A stretch of 64,000 nucleotides of DNA from positions 32,001 to 96,000 of the IMG/VR virus record IMGVR_UViG_3300009149_000012; one strand, written 5' to 3'. The notes under the pieces were generated by a model, which saw nothing but the letters and a program-made list of their open reading frames with translations, was not told the DNA's origin and searched no databases. Positions within the stretch are counted from its first letter, which is position 1. Each line of letters begins with the position of its first letter. The position numbers and the translations under genes are program-made. This DNA comes from a virus. Shown here piece after piece: positions 18,556-28,775 of the stretch.

Positions 18556-19349
18556 CAGATCCTCCGTTTCAGCAAGGCTGTAATCTGAACGTCAGTGGTC
18601 GTGTTGCCGGTCGAAAGGTTTCGGAACTGTAAAAGTCCCTCATTGAAGTCTGCGTTCACAGACCAATTGTAAACCGGCCCTGCCACCCCAGAAGCCAAGG
18701 TAGCGACCACCGACCCACCAACGAGAACTTCCAAAGTGGCGGCGTCTGAATCCACCCGAGTCCAAGCGATCCCTACAAGGGTGCCCTTTGGCACGGGGTA
18801 GCCGATGTTTGTCCCGCCTGGGAGCCCATCCATGAACCGATAGTAGGACCCTGCCAAAGTCAAACCGTCTCGACCTGCATGACACGTTTGCTGAGCGATG
18901 CTGAGCCACTTGGTACGACCCCCGTCGTACTGCATCATCTCGTGCAAGACGGTGTTGAAGTACAAGTCCCCATCGGTCGGGGTTGGCGAGGATGGGTCCG
19001 TCGCTGAGGTGCCCCAAAACCGGGAGCCGTTGACGCTGATCGGATGGCTGAAAACGAAAGCGGCCTCGCTCTCATCCCACAAAACGGATGGAAGTGTCGG
19101 GTCGCCGTTGTTGAAGTACAGATACTTGTCACCCGCAGAACCATTTCCAATCGAAAACGTGTTCGAACTCGTCCCCGTGTCGGTGTTCTGAAGGTGAAGC
19201 CCCTTCGTGACGCCCTCATCCCGAAACTGAAAGCCAGTGCCGGTGATGTATCGAACCGTTCCATTTACAGTAGGCGATACCGTATCCGGATCAAGGATGA
19301 GCCCCTCATCCTCTCGCTCACCTGGGAATCGGTCGGGGGTCCGAGCCAT
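18555..19349 (-). CDS. tail-fibre-associated protein
   Basis: DPSSPTPTDGDLYFNT...YDG...W motif; overlaps its neighbours. Confidence 0.7.
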   Translation of the reverse strand: MARTPDRFPGEREDEGLILDPDTVSPTVNGTVRYITGTGFQFRDEGVTKGLHLQNTDTGTSSNTFSIGNGSAGDKYLYFNNGDPTLPSVLWDESEAAFVFSHPISVNGSRFWGTSATDPSSPTPTDGDLYFNTVLHEMMQYDGGRTKWLSIAQQTCHAGRDGLTLAGSYYRFMDGLPGGTNIGYPVPKGTLVGIAWTRVDSDAATLEVLVGGSVVATLASGVAGPVYNWSVNADFNEGLLQFRNLSTGNTTTDVQITALLKRRI

Positions 19350-19837
19350 TAGTCACCCTGGTTCTCCATGACTTCACGAATCGGGAGGGGTCGACCACCC
19401 TCATCCGTCTCGTCTCGATCGTGGTCGTTGGCTCGCCGCAGACCCTTGGCAGCTTCCTGCTTGAACAGGGTTTCACAGAGATTCGCTGAGCGCTTGATCC
19501 CCTCGATGATCCCGTCTTGCTTCGCATGTTCCGTGTTGTTGATCTGGGCAGACTCCAGGATCGAAGCACGAGCCGCCGCCAACCAATGCAGGATGGGCTT
19601 GGCGTCTTCCCCCGTAAAGTCGTTTTCCTCATCGTCGATCTTGGTCTGCACTTCTTGCATGACCTTATGCACAAGGGCAGCGGCCGACGTCATGCCGCTG
19701 ATAACTCCCTTGCGCACGAGTAGATCACGCTTCACGGGCTCCATAGCCTGTTCGATGTGCAACCCGACGCCGTTGATTGTCTTCAGACGAATTTCCATCT
19801 TCGGGTCTTGTTCGACCTTCTCATTTACATCTTCCAT
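19349..19837 (-). CDS. helical hypothetical protein (possible assembly chaperone)
   Basis: 162-aa charged helical ORF in the tail operon. Confidence 0.65.
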   Translation of the reverse strand: MEDVNEKVEQDPKMEIRLKTINGVGLHIEQAMEPVKRDLLVRKGVISGMTSAAALVHKVMQEVQTKIDDEENDFTGEDAKPILHWLAAARASILESAQINNTEHAKQDGIIEGIKRSANLCETLFKQEAAKGLRRANDHDRDETDEGGRPLPIREVMENQGD

Positions 19838-19853
19838 ATTTTACCGCCTGCTA

Positions 19854-21383
19854 TCAGCCGGACTTCCAGGACAGGGCGATGAACACGTCACCGCTCTTGA
19901 CACCCTTGGGGAAGTCGACCTTGATGTCGCCGCTTGCCGGTGTGTCACCAGCATACACGTCGTTGTTCGTGGTTCCGTTACCACCAATGAGGACCCGACC
20001 GTTGAGGATGATGATTGTATCCACACCCGTTGGGGTGTTCATGTCGATGCTGCGAGTCGACAGATCGAGCGCCGGGGACCAACCACCGGGGATGTTCGCA
20101 TCCTGAGCGTAGTTCGAACCCAATGTCTCGATGAAGATGTCCAGGTCGGCCGAAGTGATGGCCGAACGAATGGCTGCCGAGATCGAGGTGTAGGGTCCAC
20201 CCGGAAGGGCGCTGATCGCACCGGCCGTTGCATCCGTGAAGGGCAACGCTGTCGTTTCCCGAGTATCTCGGTAGGTGACTTCGCCGCTGTTCGAATGCAG
20301 GGCGACGTTGCCGGTCGTACCACGAAGGGTGATGCCGGTGGCATCAATCTGACCCGCTGTCGAACCGACGTTGATGGTCGTGCCGCCCGTGTCGAACTGA
20401 GCGCCGTCGTTGAACTCGGCATCCTGCGTAGTGTTGACGAAGAACCGATCCGTATCGAACTGAATCAGGTCGCCAAGCGTGTCGTCACGAGTGAACGTGG
20501 CGAAAGCTGCACCATTGCGCTGAACCAGGAAGTCTGTTCCGTCGTCGGACAGGTTGAAGGTCAGGTCACCTTCGGATGTCTGCACGGTGATGGTGTTTCC
20601 AGCGATGTACGCTTGATTCAACGTCGTGGTGGTTGCCGCCTGCGGATCGCTGAATGCGCCGAACAGGAAGTCCTGTTCGTTCATTGAGTTGAACGCCGCT
20701 CGACTGACGTAGGCGTAGTTGATGCCCTTACCAGCGATGTCAGCCGCTGGGCAAGCTTCCAAGTCGTCACCCGCTGCGTTCTGACGAACGAACGAGATCT
20801 GAGCCTGAGCGGTGGTGTCGTTGAAGGTAGTTCCGTCGACAACGCCGTTTTCGGCCTGAAGCAAGCCGTAGACCTCTCGACCGCTCGACAGGATGGGGTC
20901 GAACGTCGTCGAATCCCGGATGACGAGCAAGTTCTTCGGACTGATGTTGTTCAGACCTGAAACCTCATTGAGGCTGTGGCTGCCAACGTCGCCTGCCAAG
21001 GTGGCGCAAACGGCACCCAAGGCGCTGCCTGCGTCGACCGCCGCCGTCTCGCTCGGCGTCTCAGAGCTTGCCGCCACGAGCACGACCCAGTTCTGGAGGG
21101 CCGGAACGGAAACGTCAGTCAGAACCGTGTAGCGACGCAGAAGGGTCTTGAAGTAGACATCGTCCGTGAGGGTCTTCAGGTTTCGAGGATCGGTTGAGCC
21201 GTCCTGGACCGGGTCAAACCAGTTGGTCTCACCAATAATCTTGTTGAACTGAGAGAGCATACCTCCCAGGAAATCTTCGTGGTCGACCGCAGAAGCCTCA
21301 ATTCCTTGAATCTGCGCAGCGGTCAGGGTGTCGTCGAAGAGATCCGACTTTCGGATCTGGTACAATCGGATGTAGGTTGACAT
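19854..21383 (-). CDS. virion structural protein
   Basis: 509 aa, acidic and T/G rich; AAAGGT SD; preceded by the putative late promoter motif. Confidence 0.75.
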   Translation of the reverse strand: MSTYIRLYQIRKSDLFDDTLTAAQIQGIEASAVDHEDFLGGMLSQFNKIIGETNWFDPVQDGSTDPRNLKTLTDDVYFKTLLRRYTVLTDVSVPALQNWVVLVAASSETPSETAAVDAGSALGAVCATLAGDVGSHSLNEVSGLNNISPKNLLVIRDSTTFDPILSSGREVYGLLQAENGVVDGTTFNDTTAQAQISFVRQNAAGDDLEACPAADIAGKGINYAYVSRAAFNSMNEQDFLFGAFSDPQAATTTTLNQAYIAGNTITVQTSEGDLTFNLSDDGTDFLVQRNGAAFATFTRDDTLGDLIQFDTDRFFVNTTQDAEFNDGAQFDTGGTTINVGSTAGQIDATGITLRGTTGNVALHSNSGEVTYRDTRETTALPFTDATAGAISALPGGPYTSISAAIRSAITSADLDIFIETLGSNYAQDANIPGGWSPALDLSTRSIDMNTPTGVDTIIILNGRVLIGGNGTTNNDVYAGDTPASGDIKVDFPKGVKSGDVFIALSWKSG

Positions 21384-21428
21384 CGCACTACCTTTCTGGG
21401 CTCACCATGGGCTTTTTCATAAGTTCAT

Positions 21429-21752
21429 TCACGACCCAACGATGACGTAATCCGCCAATAGAGAGTCGTCTGGGTAAGGGGCTCGACTTAGCATCACCGT
21501 GTCGAACCCGGTGCCCACCCCCCCACTCTCAAAAACCAAGTAGTCTTCCAAGAATGTCTGCCGCACGCCGTTGTAAAAAACGCATACGGTCAGGTAGGGA
21601 AGCTCATGAACGAATTTCTTGCCCGCTGGGATCTGGAAAGTCGTGTTGACGGCATCCTTGACTCCAACCAACTCCTGCCCAGTTCGGAAGCGATCGGCGG
21701 CGATGAACGTCGCCAACGCCTCCTGCATACTGAACGGATTGATAGGGTACAC
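21429..21752 (-). CDS. small virion structural protein
   Basis: GVKDAVNTTF...VFYNGVRQ...DY...AP...L.ADY beta-domain typical of phage structural repeats. Confidence 0.65.
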   Translation of the reverse strand: MYPINPFSMQEALATFIAADRFRTGQELVGVKDAVNTTFQIPAGKKFVHELPYLTVCVFYNGVRQTFLEDYLVFESGGVGTGFDTVMLSRAPYPDDSLLADYVIVGS

Positions 21753-21761
21753 GTGATGCCC

Positions 21762-22394
21762 CTAGACGGCTTGTGTCATGATGGCCGAGAACGCACAAGC
21801 CGCACCACCCCCACGAACCCAAATCGAAGGTGCGCCCGCAACAACCGGCAGATTCAGTTCCTGTGCGGTTGGAAGCTCGTACTCTGGACCGTTCGCATCT
21901 GTCGCAATGAACAGACTTACGATATCGTTGTTGCGGAGCGTGATGGCGAACATGGCGGCGGGCAGATCGATCTGTTGTGAGCCCGTGATGGTCAAAGCGC
22001 TGGGAGCCGACCCGGCGATCGTGATGGGCATGTTGCCCATCATGGTAGCGAATGGGAGCACGAGAGCGGGCGCTGAGGGAACTTGCTCAACGCCACCAAT
22101 CACTGGCACCCCGATCATCCAAAACGCCGTTGTGTCTGGGATCGTGAAGGATGCTGGGTCGAATACGATCCGACAGTAGCGCTCCCCAATATTCAAAACC
22201 CCCAACTTGCGGTAGTCGACGTTCGGGTCCTTCCAGCCACCCGGGAGCGCCGTCGTGATCGTCACAAAAGCTGCCGGGAGGATATCGAAGTTGGTTCCCC
22301 ACTTGAGACGGTACTGAGTAGCCCCCGTCCGATACATCAAAACATCGAGGATGTTGGGGACTCTACGGTTTACAGTGAACGTTCGTGCAGCCAT
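21762..22394 (-). CDS. putative structural protein
   Basis: 210-aa beta-rich ORF, GGAG SD. Confidence 0.65.
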   Translation of the reverse strand: MAARTFTVNRRVPNILDVLMYRTGATQYRLKWGTNFDILPAAFVTITTALPGGWKDPNVDYRKLGVLNIGERYCRIVFDPASFTIPDTTAFWMIGVPVIGGVEQVPSAPALVLPFATMMGNMPITIAGSAPSALTITGSQQIDLPAAMFAITLRNNDIVSLFIATDANGPEYELPTAQELNLPVVAGAPSIWVRGGGAACAFSAIMTQAV

Positions 22395-22397
22395 TGA

Positions 22398-22796
22398 TCA
22401 CTCCTGAACGACCTTCTCGATGTACGTCGTAGCAGCGGACTCACCAAGGTCTGCCCGAGCCGCTTCCTGGGCTTCCTTCCAGGTGCCTGCCTCTTGCCCT
22501 TTGTAGTTCGGGACAAGTTGGGGCTTGAACACATGGTCCCGCTCCCGCCGTTTCATTTCCTCGGTGCGGGCTTTGCGGTACTGGTGTTCCTTGCCAGCCT
22601 TGGAGACCCAGCCACCTGAAGGGCCGTCCTTGAGGGAGAACTGAACGTCACCCGGACGGAAGTCGAGCGACATGGGGGTCTCGCAGATGCATGGAACGAT
22701 CTTAGCGGCGGCTTTCACCTCTCGGTACTCCGAGAAGGTCATCCGAAGCTCACACATCGTCCCACACTCATCACATCGGAAGCTGTATGTAGGCAC
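22398..22796 (-). CDS. FmdB-like zinc-ribbon protein
   Basis: MPTYSFRCDECG...C.C motif. Confidence 0.75.
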   Translation of the reverse strand: MPTYSFRCDECGTMCELRMTFSEYREVKAAAKIVPCICETPMSLDFRPGDVQFSLKDGPSGGWVSKAGKEHQYRKARTEEMKRRERDHVFKPQLVPNYKGQEAGTWKEAQEAARADLGESAATTYIEKVVQE

Positions 22797-23647
22797 TACT
22801 CATCTCCATTTTCATCTGACGCCTGCTTGACCGGGATGCGCCACTTGCGCACCAAGCTCATGGCAGACGCTACGTGTTTGCAGACGCGATTGACTCGATT
22901 GGGATCCCGCACGGTCGGCATTGTAGCAGTCCCCTTGGGTCGTCCGTCGAGATATCCATCGCGTTTGGCGTAGTATTCGGGCCCCTGCCAACGCCAGGCC
23001 GGGCAAGAGCACGCAAAGAACACGTTCATCTTGGACAGATCGACCATCCCCTTCGAGGGGCGCTCGGCCTTCATTCGAACAACCTTGGCTCCGTTGCCAC
23101 AGTTGACCGTGAGGATCCACCGAAGATTCTTGACATCCGCCCGCTTGAGCGACGCCGTGCACTTGCGACTGTTGGTTTCGATCTCTCGATTGAGCCCTCG
23201 ACCCACCTCTGAAAGGGTAACCGCCACCCTCGGTGGGGCCCCCAAGTCCACTTGGACGTCAGGGAGATCTCTCAGAAGCCACATTCCCGCCACATACTCG
23301 CCCATGGACGCGTTGTGGGTATTCGGGTAGCCATCCCGGTAGGGGTACTTGGTCTTGGGCGTCACATCCTTGCCCCCGGGCTCCCAGCGGGGCTTGAACT
23401 TGCTGTGGTCCCGCTCGTCTTGAGGGGTTGTATTCTGATCCTTCGTCAGATCGTTAGGTCCGTCCACCTTGTGGATCGACTCATCGTTGTTCTCAGGCTC
23501 TCGGATGTCGTCGACCGGCTTGGCGTAGGTTTTCTCCCCTGGAATGCTCTCATCCAAGGGCAAACCCTTCCGTGCAGGATCCCCTTGAGGGAGTCCCGAT
23601 TCCGAATGAACCCCATAAGGGGGACGAAGGACCAGGGGTTGCGTCAT
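22796..23647 (-). CDS. SWIM-type zinc-finger protein
   Basis: ACSCPAW...VCKHV; likely ATG at 23647 overlapping the upstream stop (ATGA). Confidence 0.75.
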   Translation of the reverse strand: MTQPLVLRPPYGVHSESGLPQGDPARKGLPLDESIPGEKTYAKPVDDIREPENNDESIHKVDGPNDLTKDQNTTPQDERDHSKFKPRWEPGGKDVTPKTKYPYRDGYPNTHNASMGEYVAGMWLLRDLPDVQVDLGAPPRVAVTLSEVGRGLNREIETNSRKCTASLKRADVKNLRWILTVNCGNGAKVVRMKAERPSKGMVDLSKMNVFFACSCPAWRWQGPEYYAKRDGYLDGRPKGTATMPTVRDPNRVNRVCKHVASAMSLVRKWRIPVKQASDENGDE

Positions 23648-24507
23648 ACCTTCCAAGCTGACTTGAACTTGTCCCTGTTCTTGTCGTTTTCGGACTTCCA
23701 CTTGGCCGCATCCTCCGGGGACATGTCCTTGGTGGGGTCGACGGACTTGCCCTTTTCGTGGCGGGACTCTTTGTCCTCTTCCGCCGTCTCTGACGCAGTG
23801 CGCCATTCCTTTGCCAACATATCGTCGACTTGCTTTGAAGCCGTGCGCATGAGGGCGATGGAATCGAGAACCTTGCCAATCGTGTTGAGTTGGAGCTTGT
23901 AAAGCTCTGGGCTCTCGGTTCGACGAACCTTGTTGAAGGCGTTGTGAGCCTTGCCAGCGACATCTTCGAGGCGCTTGGCGACGACATGGATGGTCCGCTG
24001 CAACGCCTGGTATTCGCCTTGAGTCGATACGGCGACCTTCGGAGAAGGGGCCAACGAACTCATGATCTCGGTGACCTGGGCGACGACTTCATTCGGCGAA
24101 ACCGGCGTGTCTGATTCCAGATTGGCAGCGATAGCGTGAAGCTTGGCAGCGGTGTCTTTGGTCGTGGGCATTGGGTTTCCTCGACGACGGAGCAAGCGTA
24201 GTCGAGCTTCCTCCATGACTTGTTCCAAGTCCTCGACCTTCTCAGGCTTGAGAACCAGTTTCAACTCTTCGTAGTCCATCTTCGACGCAGCCAAGGCTGT
24301 GGCTTGGAGAGACTTTTCAAGCAAAAATAGAGTTTTGGGGATTCCCTCAATGAGATGGCCTGCCACCTCAATAAAGTGATCCCGTGCGGGAGACTTGGCG
24401 ATGAGCTTGGTTGCCTGATCAACGTATCGTTTCAGTTAATCGCAACGCAAACGGGCATCCGACAACTCTTCCATGAGGTAGAGGGTCAACCCGGCATCCT
24501 TGTCCAC
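23644..24507 (-). pseudogene. putative head protein gene with an in-frame TAA at 24436-24438 (nonsense change, read-through or sequence error)
   Basis: AAGGAG plus GTG at 24507 gives MDKDAGLTLYLMEELSDARLRCD*LKRYVDQATK..., in frame with ORF 23644..24366. Confidence 0.55.
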
Positions 24508-24586
24508 GGCGAAGTCTCCTTTGCAAGAGCACGCCGAACAAGTAGAAAACGAACCGGGAGCTAGTCGGGGTGCGTCAGGGGTCGAT

Positions 24587-25699
24587 CTAGAATACTTCGG
24601 GGAAGTCGCGCTTGATCGCAGCCTTCATGTCGTCAGACTCGGCTGCGAATGCTGCACGAATGACTTGGGGCTGATCTTCGAAGTCGAGCGACAACCGAGC
24701 GAGGCGCTTACGAGGGGGGGCATTGAAATCGTAGGCGGGCGGGAAATCCGGGCAAACCATCTTGGCGACCATGACCTTGTGGTCCATGGCTGCGCCTGTG
24801 GGAAGGGCCGATGCGGGCGCCGGCTGAACCGCCTGTGCGGCATCACGCTTTGGGCCGTTCGTCTGTTGGAACGTGATTCCCTCGGATGACACAACCTGGG
24901 TTGGCGCCACACCACCGGTTCCGCCCAAGTCGGTAATGGCGGTTCCACCACCAACGGACGGGGTCAGGGCAATGCCTTCCCTCGACACTGGGGCGGCTTT
25001 CTTGACGGTGCCCACGACCACAGGCTCCTGTGCGTCAACAACCGTCGGCTCCACGTACTGGGAACGCAGTGCGGCTTTCTTGGCGAGGTACTCATCCCGC
25101 TGCTCAGCGGGCATGGCAGCGAGCATCTCGGCTTCCGAGCGTCCTTGGCCAGGGTCGATCGTGACCTTGGTCTGACGCATGGCAGCGCTCAAGGTGTTGT
25201 CCGTCACCTCGATGTTTTGAACGGCAGAAGTCTTGATTGTTCGAACCGGGATTCCATCTTGAGCTTCAACCTCGACAGGCATGCCCTGCGAGTTGATGAA
25301 ACTGCCACCACGGCGTGCCGCTGCCGTCTCCCCAACCTTCTGGACATGCCCGCTCCGGGTGCCGACGATCCGCTCGTCCTCTTCCACCGTATCAATCCCC
25401 ATCTTCGTCGGGGGCTGGTTGGGGTTGCCGTGGATAGTCGGATGCCGAACCTGAATCCCGGCTGACTGAGGCTGGACAGGGGGCAAGCCGGAAGCATACT
25501 CCTCGAAGGGAACGATCCAACCAGTCCTCGCAGCGCCTCGAAGTCCAACACACGGCATCGACTGGCCGTTGATGGTGGCGTTCGTACCGTCGAACTCTAG
25601 CTCCATCCCCTCAACAAGCTGCATACCGGTCGTGCCCAAAGTGAAGGAACGACGTGCGACGAACTTGACCGGCGACCCGAATACGAATTTGATCTCCAT
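24587..25699 (-). CDS. hypothetical protein (late gene)
   Basis: 370 aa, AAGGAG SD, late-motif upstream. Confidence 0.75.
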   Translation of the reverse strand: MEIKFVFGSPVKFVARRSFTLGTTGMQLVEGMELEFDGTNATINGQSMPCVGLRGAARTGWIVPFEEYASGLPPVQPQSAGIQVRHPTIHGNPNQPPTKMGIDTVEEDERIVGTRSGHVQKVGETAAARRGGSFINSQGMPVEVEAQDGIPVRTIKTSAVQNIEVTDNTLSAAMRQTKVTIDPGQGRSEAEMLAAMPAEQRDEYLAKKAALRSQYVEPTVVDAQEPVVVGTVKKAAPVSREGIALTPSVGGGTAITDLGGTGGVAPTQVVSSEGITFQQTNGPKRDAAQAVQPAPASALPTGAAMDHKVMVAKMVCPDFPPAYDFNAPPRKRLARLSLDFEDQPQVIRAAFAAESDDMKAAIKRDFPEVF

Positions 25700-25755
25700 C
25701 CGATTATCTCCTTTTTGGGAACAAGATCCCCATAAGACAAAAGGACATCAATAGA

Positions 25756-26361
25756 TTATTCGTTTTCGGGAGGACTTTCTACAGCGGCTTCCCGTCCCGC
25801 TTCGTATGCTTCCATCTCTGCGGGGCTCATTTGCTTAAGTTGCTCCATTTCATCGGCCGCAATTTGCTCAAGGTCGACTGGGGCTTGGAATTGAGCCAAG
25901 AGTTGTTCTCGATCGGCCTCGAATTGAGCACGCTGTTCCGGGCTCATTTGAGCCAAAACCTCAGCGTCGGCCACTTCCTCATCATAAGTCGGGGTCATGA
26001 CTTCGTTCATGTCGACTTTTTGAGCGAGAAGTTCAGAAGCAAAGTCGAGCCCCCCGATCTGACCTTTCAAGACCTGACTTCGCCCAAGTAAAAAGGCACG
26101 GACACTTTTGCCCAACTCATCGTACGTGTCGTCGAACGATGCGAGCACGCACCACTCATGTTCCTCGACGATGGTGGGTTCACCGTCAATGCCGATGTCA
26201 CCAAACCCCTGGAACACGACCTTGGACGCCCACGAAGATGGGTCCGGGAGATCAGAGATCTGAGGTTCGATTTCGAATTTGACTTTGATAACGGCAACGC
26301 CGGGAAGGCACTTGCCGTAGGCGGTCAACGCATCCGTGATGCCTTGGATCGTGTGGCTCAT
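25756..26361 (-). CDS. acidic hypothetical protein
   Basis: ATG at 26361 lies 6 nt after TTGACG-N18-TACGCT; QMSPEQ/QMSPAE repeats. Confidence 0.7.
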   Translation of the reverse strand: MSHTIQGITDALTAYGKCLPGVAVIKVKFEIEPQISDLPDPSSWASKVVFQGFGDIGIDGEPTIVEEHEWCVLASFDDTYDELGKSVRAFLLGRSQVLKGQIGGLDFASELLAQKVDMNEVMTPTYDEEVADAEVLAQMSPEQRAQFEADREQLLAQFQAPVDLEQIAADEMEQLKQMSPAEMEAYEAGREAAVESPPENE

Positions 26362-26419
26362 GGTCCGAGCGTACACGCACGCCAGGTATGGCGTCAACCA
26401 CCTGTAGGGGGGAGGATCT

Positions 26420-28732
26420 TCAGATCTCGATCTTCTTTTCCTTCATCTCGACCGTGCCGACGACGTCCTTGCCTCCGAGGTTGAGGGTCAAAGTGTTCTC
26501 GTCCATGCTGGAGAACTCGGTGAACCAGATCTGGCCGACCACAATGGCGTACTTGATCTGCGCCATGTCGAACATGAGCTTGCGGGCCTTCGTGGTCGCC
26601 GCTTTGCCCTGCCCCTTGAGCCACGCCTTGAACACTTCATTCTGGTCGGCGGCGTTCTTGTAGATGTCGCTGGCAAGGAAGCCCTCGATCTCGGTGACCG
26701 TGGGAGCCATCATCGCCGACGTTGCCGTGTGCTTTTTGCTCGCCATGCGTTTCTTGACGTCGGCAAGGCTCGGGAGGGTCGACATGCCCTTGAGGCTGCA
26801 CTTCAGTTCCTTCGCCATGTAATAGTCGGTCGACTCGTCCTGCACGGTGTGAGGGGGCGCAAACCCGCTGTAGTCCGTGAGCCCTTGTTCTTTGAGCCAG
26901 TCAGCCGCATCCTTGCCGTACATCGCCGTGTACGCCTCGGAGCCACGGGGGAAGTGTTCCTTCTGGTACGAGTTGTAGACCTTCTGCGCCGCCTTGGTCT
27001 CAAGGGTCTCGTACAGCAGCGTGAACAGATCCTTGGCGCTTGCCGCCTTGACCATCGCCCGGTTGACCACGGGGATCTTGGTCAAGTCGATGAGCATGTC
27101 GACCATCTTGCACTGCGTCGAAGGCGTCCGACCGTTGGCGTCCTTGACCCCGTGCTTGACGAGCTTGGCATACGTCTCGGGCGTCACCTGGACCGGGAGC
27201 TTGTCGACGTTGATGATTCCGTCCCGGATGATGGCGTAGTTGCGGTAGACGAAGCTCGGGAACGCCGTCGGAACCCCCTTCGGAATGTCACGGCCCGCCA
27301 GGTTGACGTGTCCGTGCTTTTTGATCCGGATGCTCACGTTCGGGCGGTTCTCGTTGTAGGTCAGAGCGTCCAAGGCGTAACCATCCGCCGACTTGCTTGC
27401 CACGAACTTGAGCGATTCAGACTTGCCTGCCGTGATGGCAGAGATCTTGTCGGCCAGTTCCTTGATCTTGGCCGGGCTCGCCTTCGCCATCTGCTTGGTC
27501 AAGTCATCGACTTGCTTGCGCTCATCGTCCGTGAGCGCGCCGCCAGCATCCGAACGCCCCCGCCCGATCTTCTGGTACTTGAATTCATCGGAATCGAGCA
27601 TGAGCCGGTTTCCATCGTCGTCGGACAGGAGACGAAGCAAATCGAGCACGGTGAACGCGTTCTCGGGCGGGACCTTGTTGACGTCGAAGCCTGCCGTGAG
27701 CCGCTTGGTTGCATCCATGGCAGCGTCCTTGGTCGCATCCATGAAGTCTGCATAGCGCTGCTTGCCGAAGCACCCGCCGAACTGTTCGATGAACTTGACG
27801 TCGCCGCTCACCTTGAGAAGCGGGTAGACCACGTCGGGCTTCATGCGGACCGAGAACAGGCTGATCGCAGCGTACAGAGCCGCTTGTGCATCCCAATGCG
27901 CCTTGTCGTTGCTTTCCATCTGGATCGTGCTCAGACGGGCACGATCGCCGGCCGTCGGGTTGACGTACCAAAGGGTACCGATGTCCTCCGGAACGGCGAC
28001 CTTGCCACCCTCGACAGCGAACGTGAGAAGCTCACCATCACCCATGGCGTAAACGAAGCCGCCAATGGGGTCGTCGGAAATCGGAACTTCGATGCGAGGG
28101 GAACCGCTGATTCCCTTGGTAACGGCTTGCTCGAAAAGCGGGGCGTACTGGCCGAAGTCCTTGGAGAACACCAAGCTGCCGCCTGCCTTCTCGGCCATTG
28201 CCGTGAGCATCGGACGGTCGGCGTAGTGGCCGTACTCGACGAAGGTCACGCTCGACAGGGTGTTGATCCCTTCGACGGCCTTGAGGATATCCCCACGGCT
28301 CCACTGGTTGTCGCAGCCATCGCTCATGAAGAACATGCTCGTGACGAAGCCCTTGTGGCGGGCAACGAGGCGGGCAACTTCCTCGATCGGCTCTTTGAAC
28401 CCCGTGAGACCCACCACCTTGAGCCAGCGGTCGATCGCCTGGTTGACGGTCTGCAAGTCCGTGAGCGTCGAAACGGGCTCGGCCTCCAAGAGGGTACCGA
28501 ACTGACCACGGCTGGAGAACCAAACGATGCTCAGGACGTCCTTTTCAGACAGAAGCTTCGGGATTCGACGCTTGAGTTGGTCTCGAATCTTGGGCAGATC
28601 ATAGTACATGCTGCCAGAGCAATCGATGACCGCCACATGATGGACGGGTTGACTGGCAGGCTTGGCTTTTTGGCCTTTGCCAACCTTCTGATTGACGAGG
28701 AAAAGCCCGTCATTGATCTTGTATGTGGACAT
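26420..28732 (-). CDS. von Willebrand factor A domain protein
   Basis: VIDCSGSM MIDAS motif, T in GLTG, FFMSDG; 770 aa with strong GC3 bias. Confidence 0.85.
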   Translation of the reverse strand: MSTYKINDGLFLVNQKVGKGQKAKPASQPVHHVAVIDCSGSMYYDLPKIRDQLKRRIPKLLSEKDVLSIVWFSSRGQFGTLLEAEPVSTLTDLQTVNQAIDRWLKVVGLTGFKEPIEEVARLVARHKGFVTSMFFMSDGCDNQWSRGDILKAVEGINTLSSVTFVEYGHYADRPMLTAMAEKAGGSLVFSKDFGQYAPLFEQAVTKGISGSPRIEVPISDDPIGGFVYAMGDGELLTFAVEGGKVAVPEDIGTLWYVNPTAGDRARLSTIQMESNDKAHWDAQAALYAAISLFSVRMKPDVVYPLLKVSGDVKFIEQFGGCFGKQRYADFMDATKDAAMDATKRLTAGFDVNKVPPENAFTVLDLLRLLSDDDGNRLMLDSDEFKYQKIGRGRSDAGGALTDDERKQVDDLTKQMAKASPAKIKELADKISAITAGKSESLKFVASKSADGYALDALTYNENRPNVSIRIKKHGHVNLAGRDIPKGVPTAFPSFVYRNYAIIRDGIINVDKLPVQVTPETYAKLVKHGVKDANGRTPSTQCKMVDMLIDLTKIPVVNRAMVKAASAKDLFTLLYETLETKAAQKVYNSYQKEHFPRGSEAYTAMYGKDAADWLKEQGLTDYSGFAPPHTVQDESTDYYMAKELKCSLKGMSTLPSLADVKKRMASKKHTATSAMMAPTVTEIEGFLASDIYKNAADQNEVFKAWLKGQGKAATTKARKLMFDMAQIKYAIVVGQIWFTEFSSMDENTLTLNLGGKDVVGTVEMKEKKIEI

Positions 28733-28775
28733 GGAGTTATCTACACCGGGAGGGGTAGGGTACCAGGGGAAAATG

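Noticed and set aside
24436-24438. Genome-wide stop-codon reassignment
   Set aside because: TAA, TAG and TGA all terminate well-defined genes elsewhere in the window
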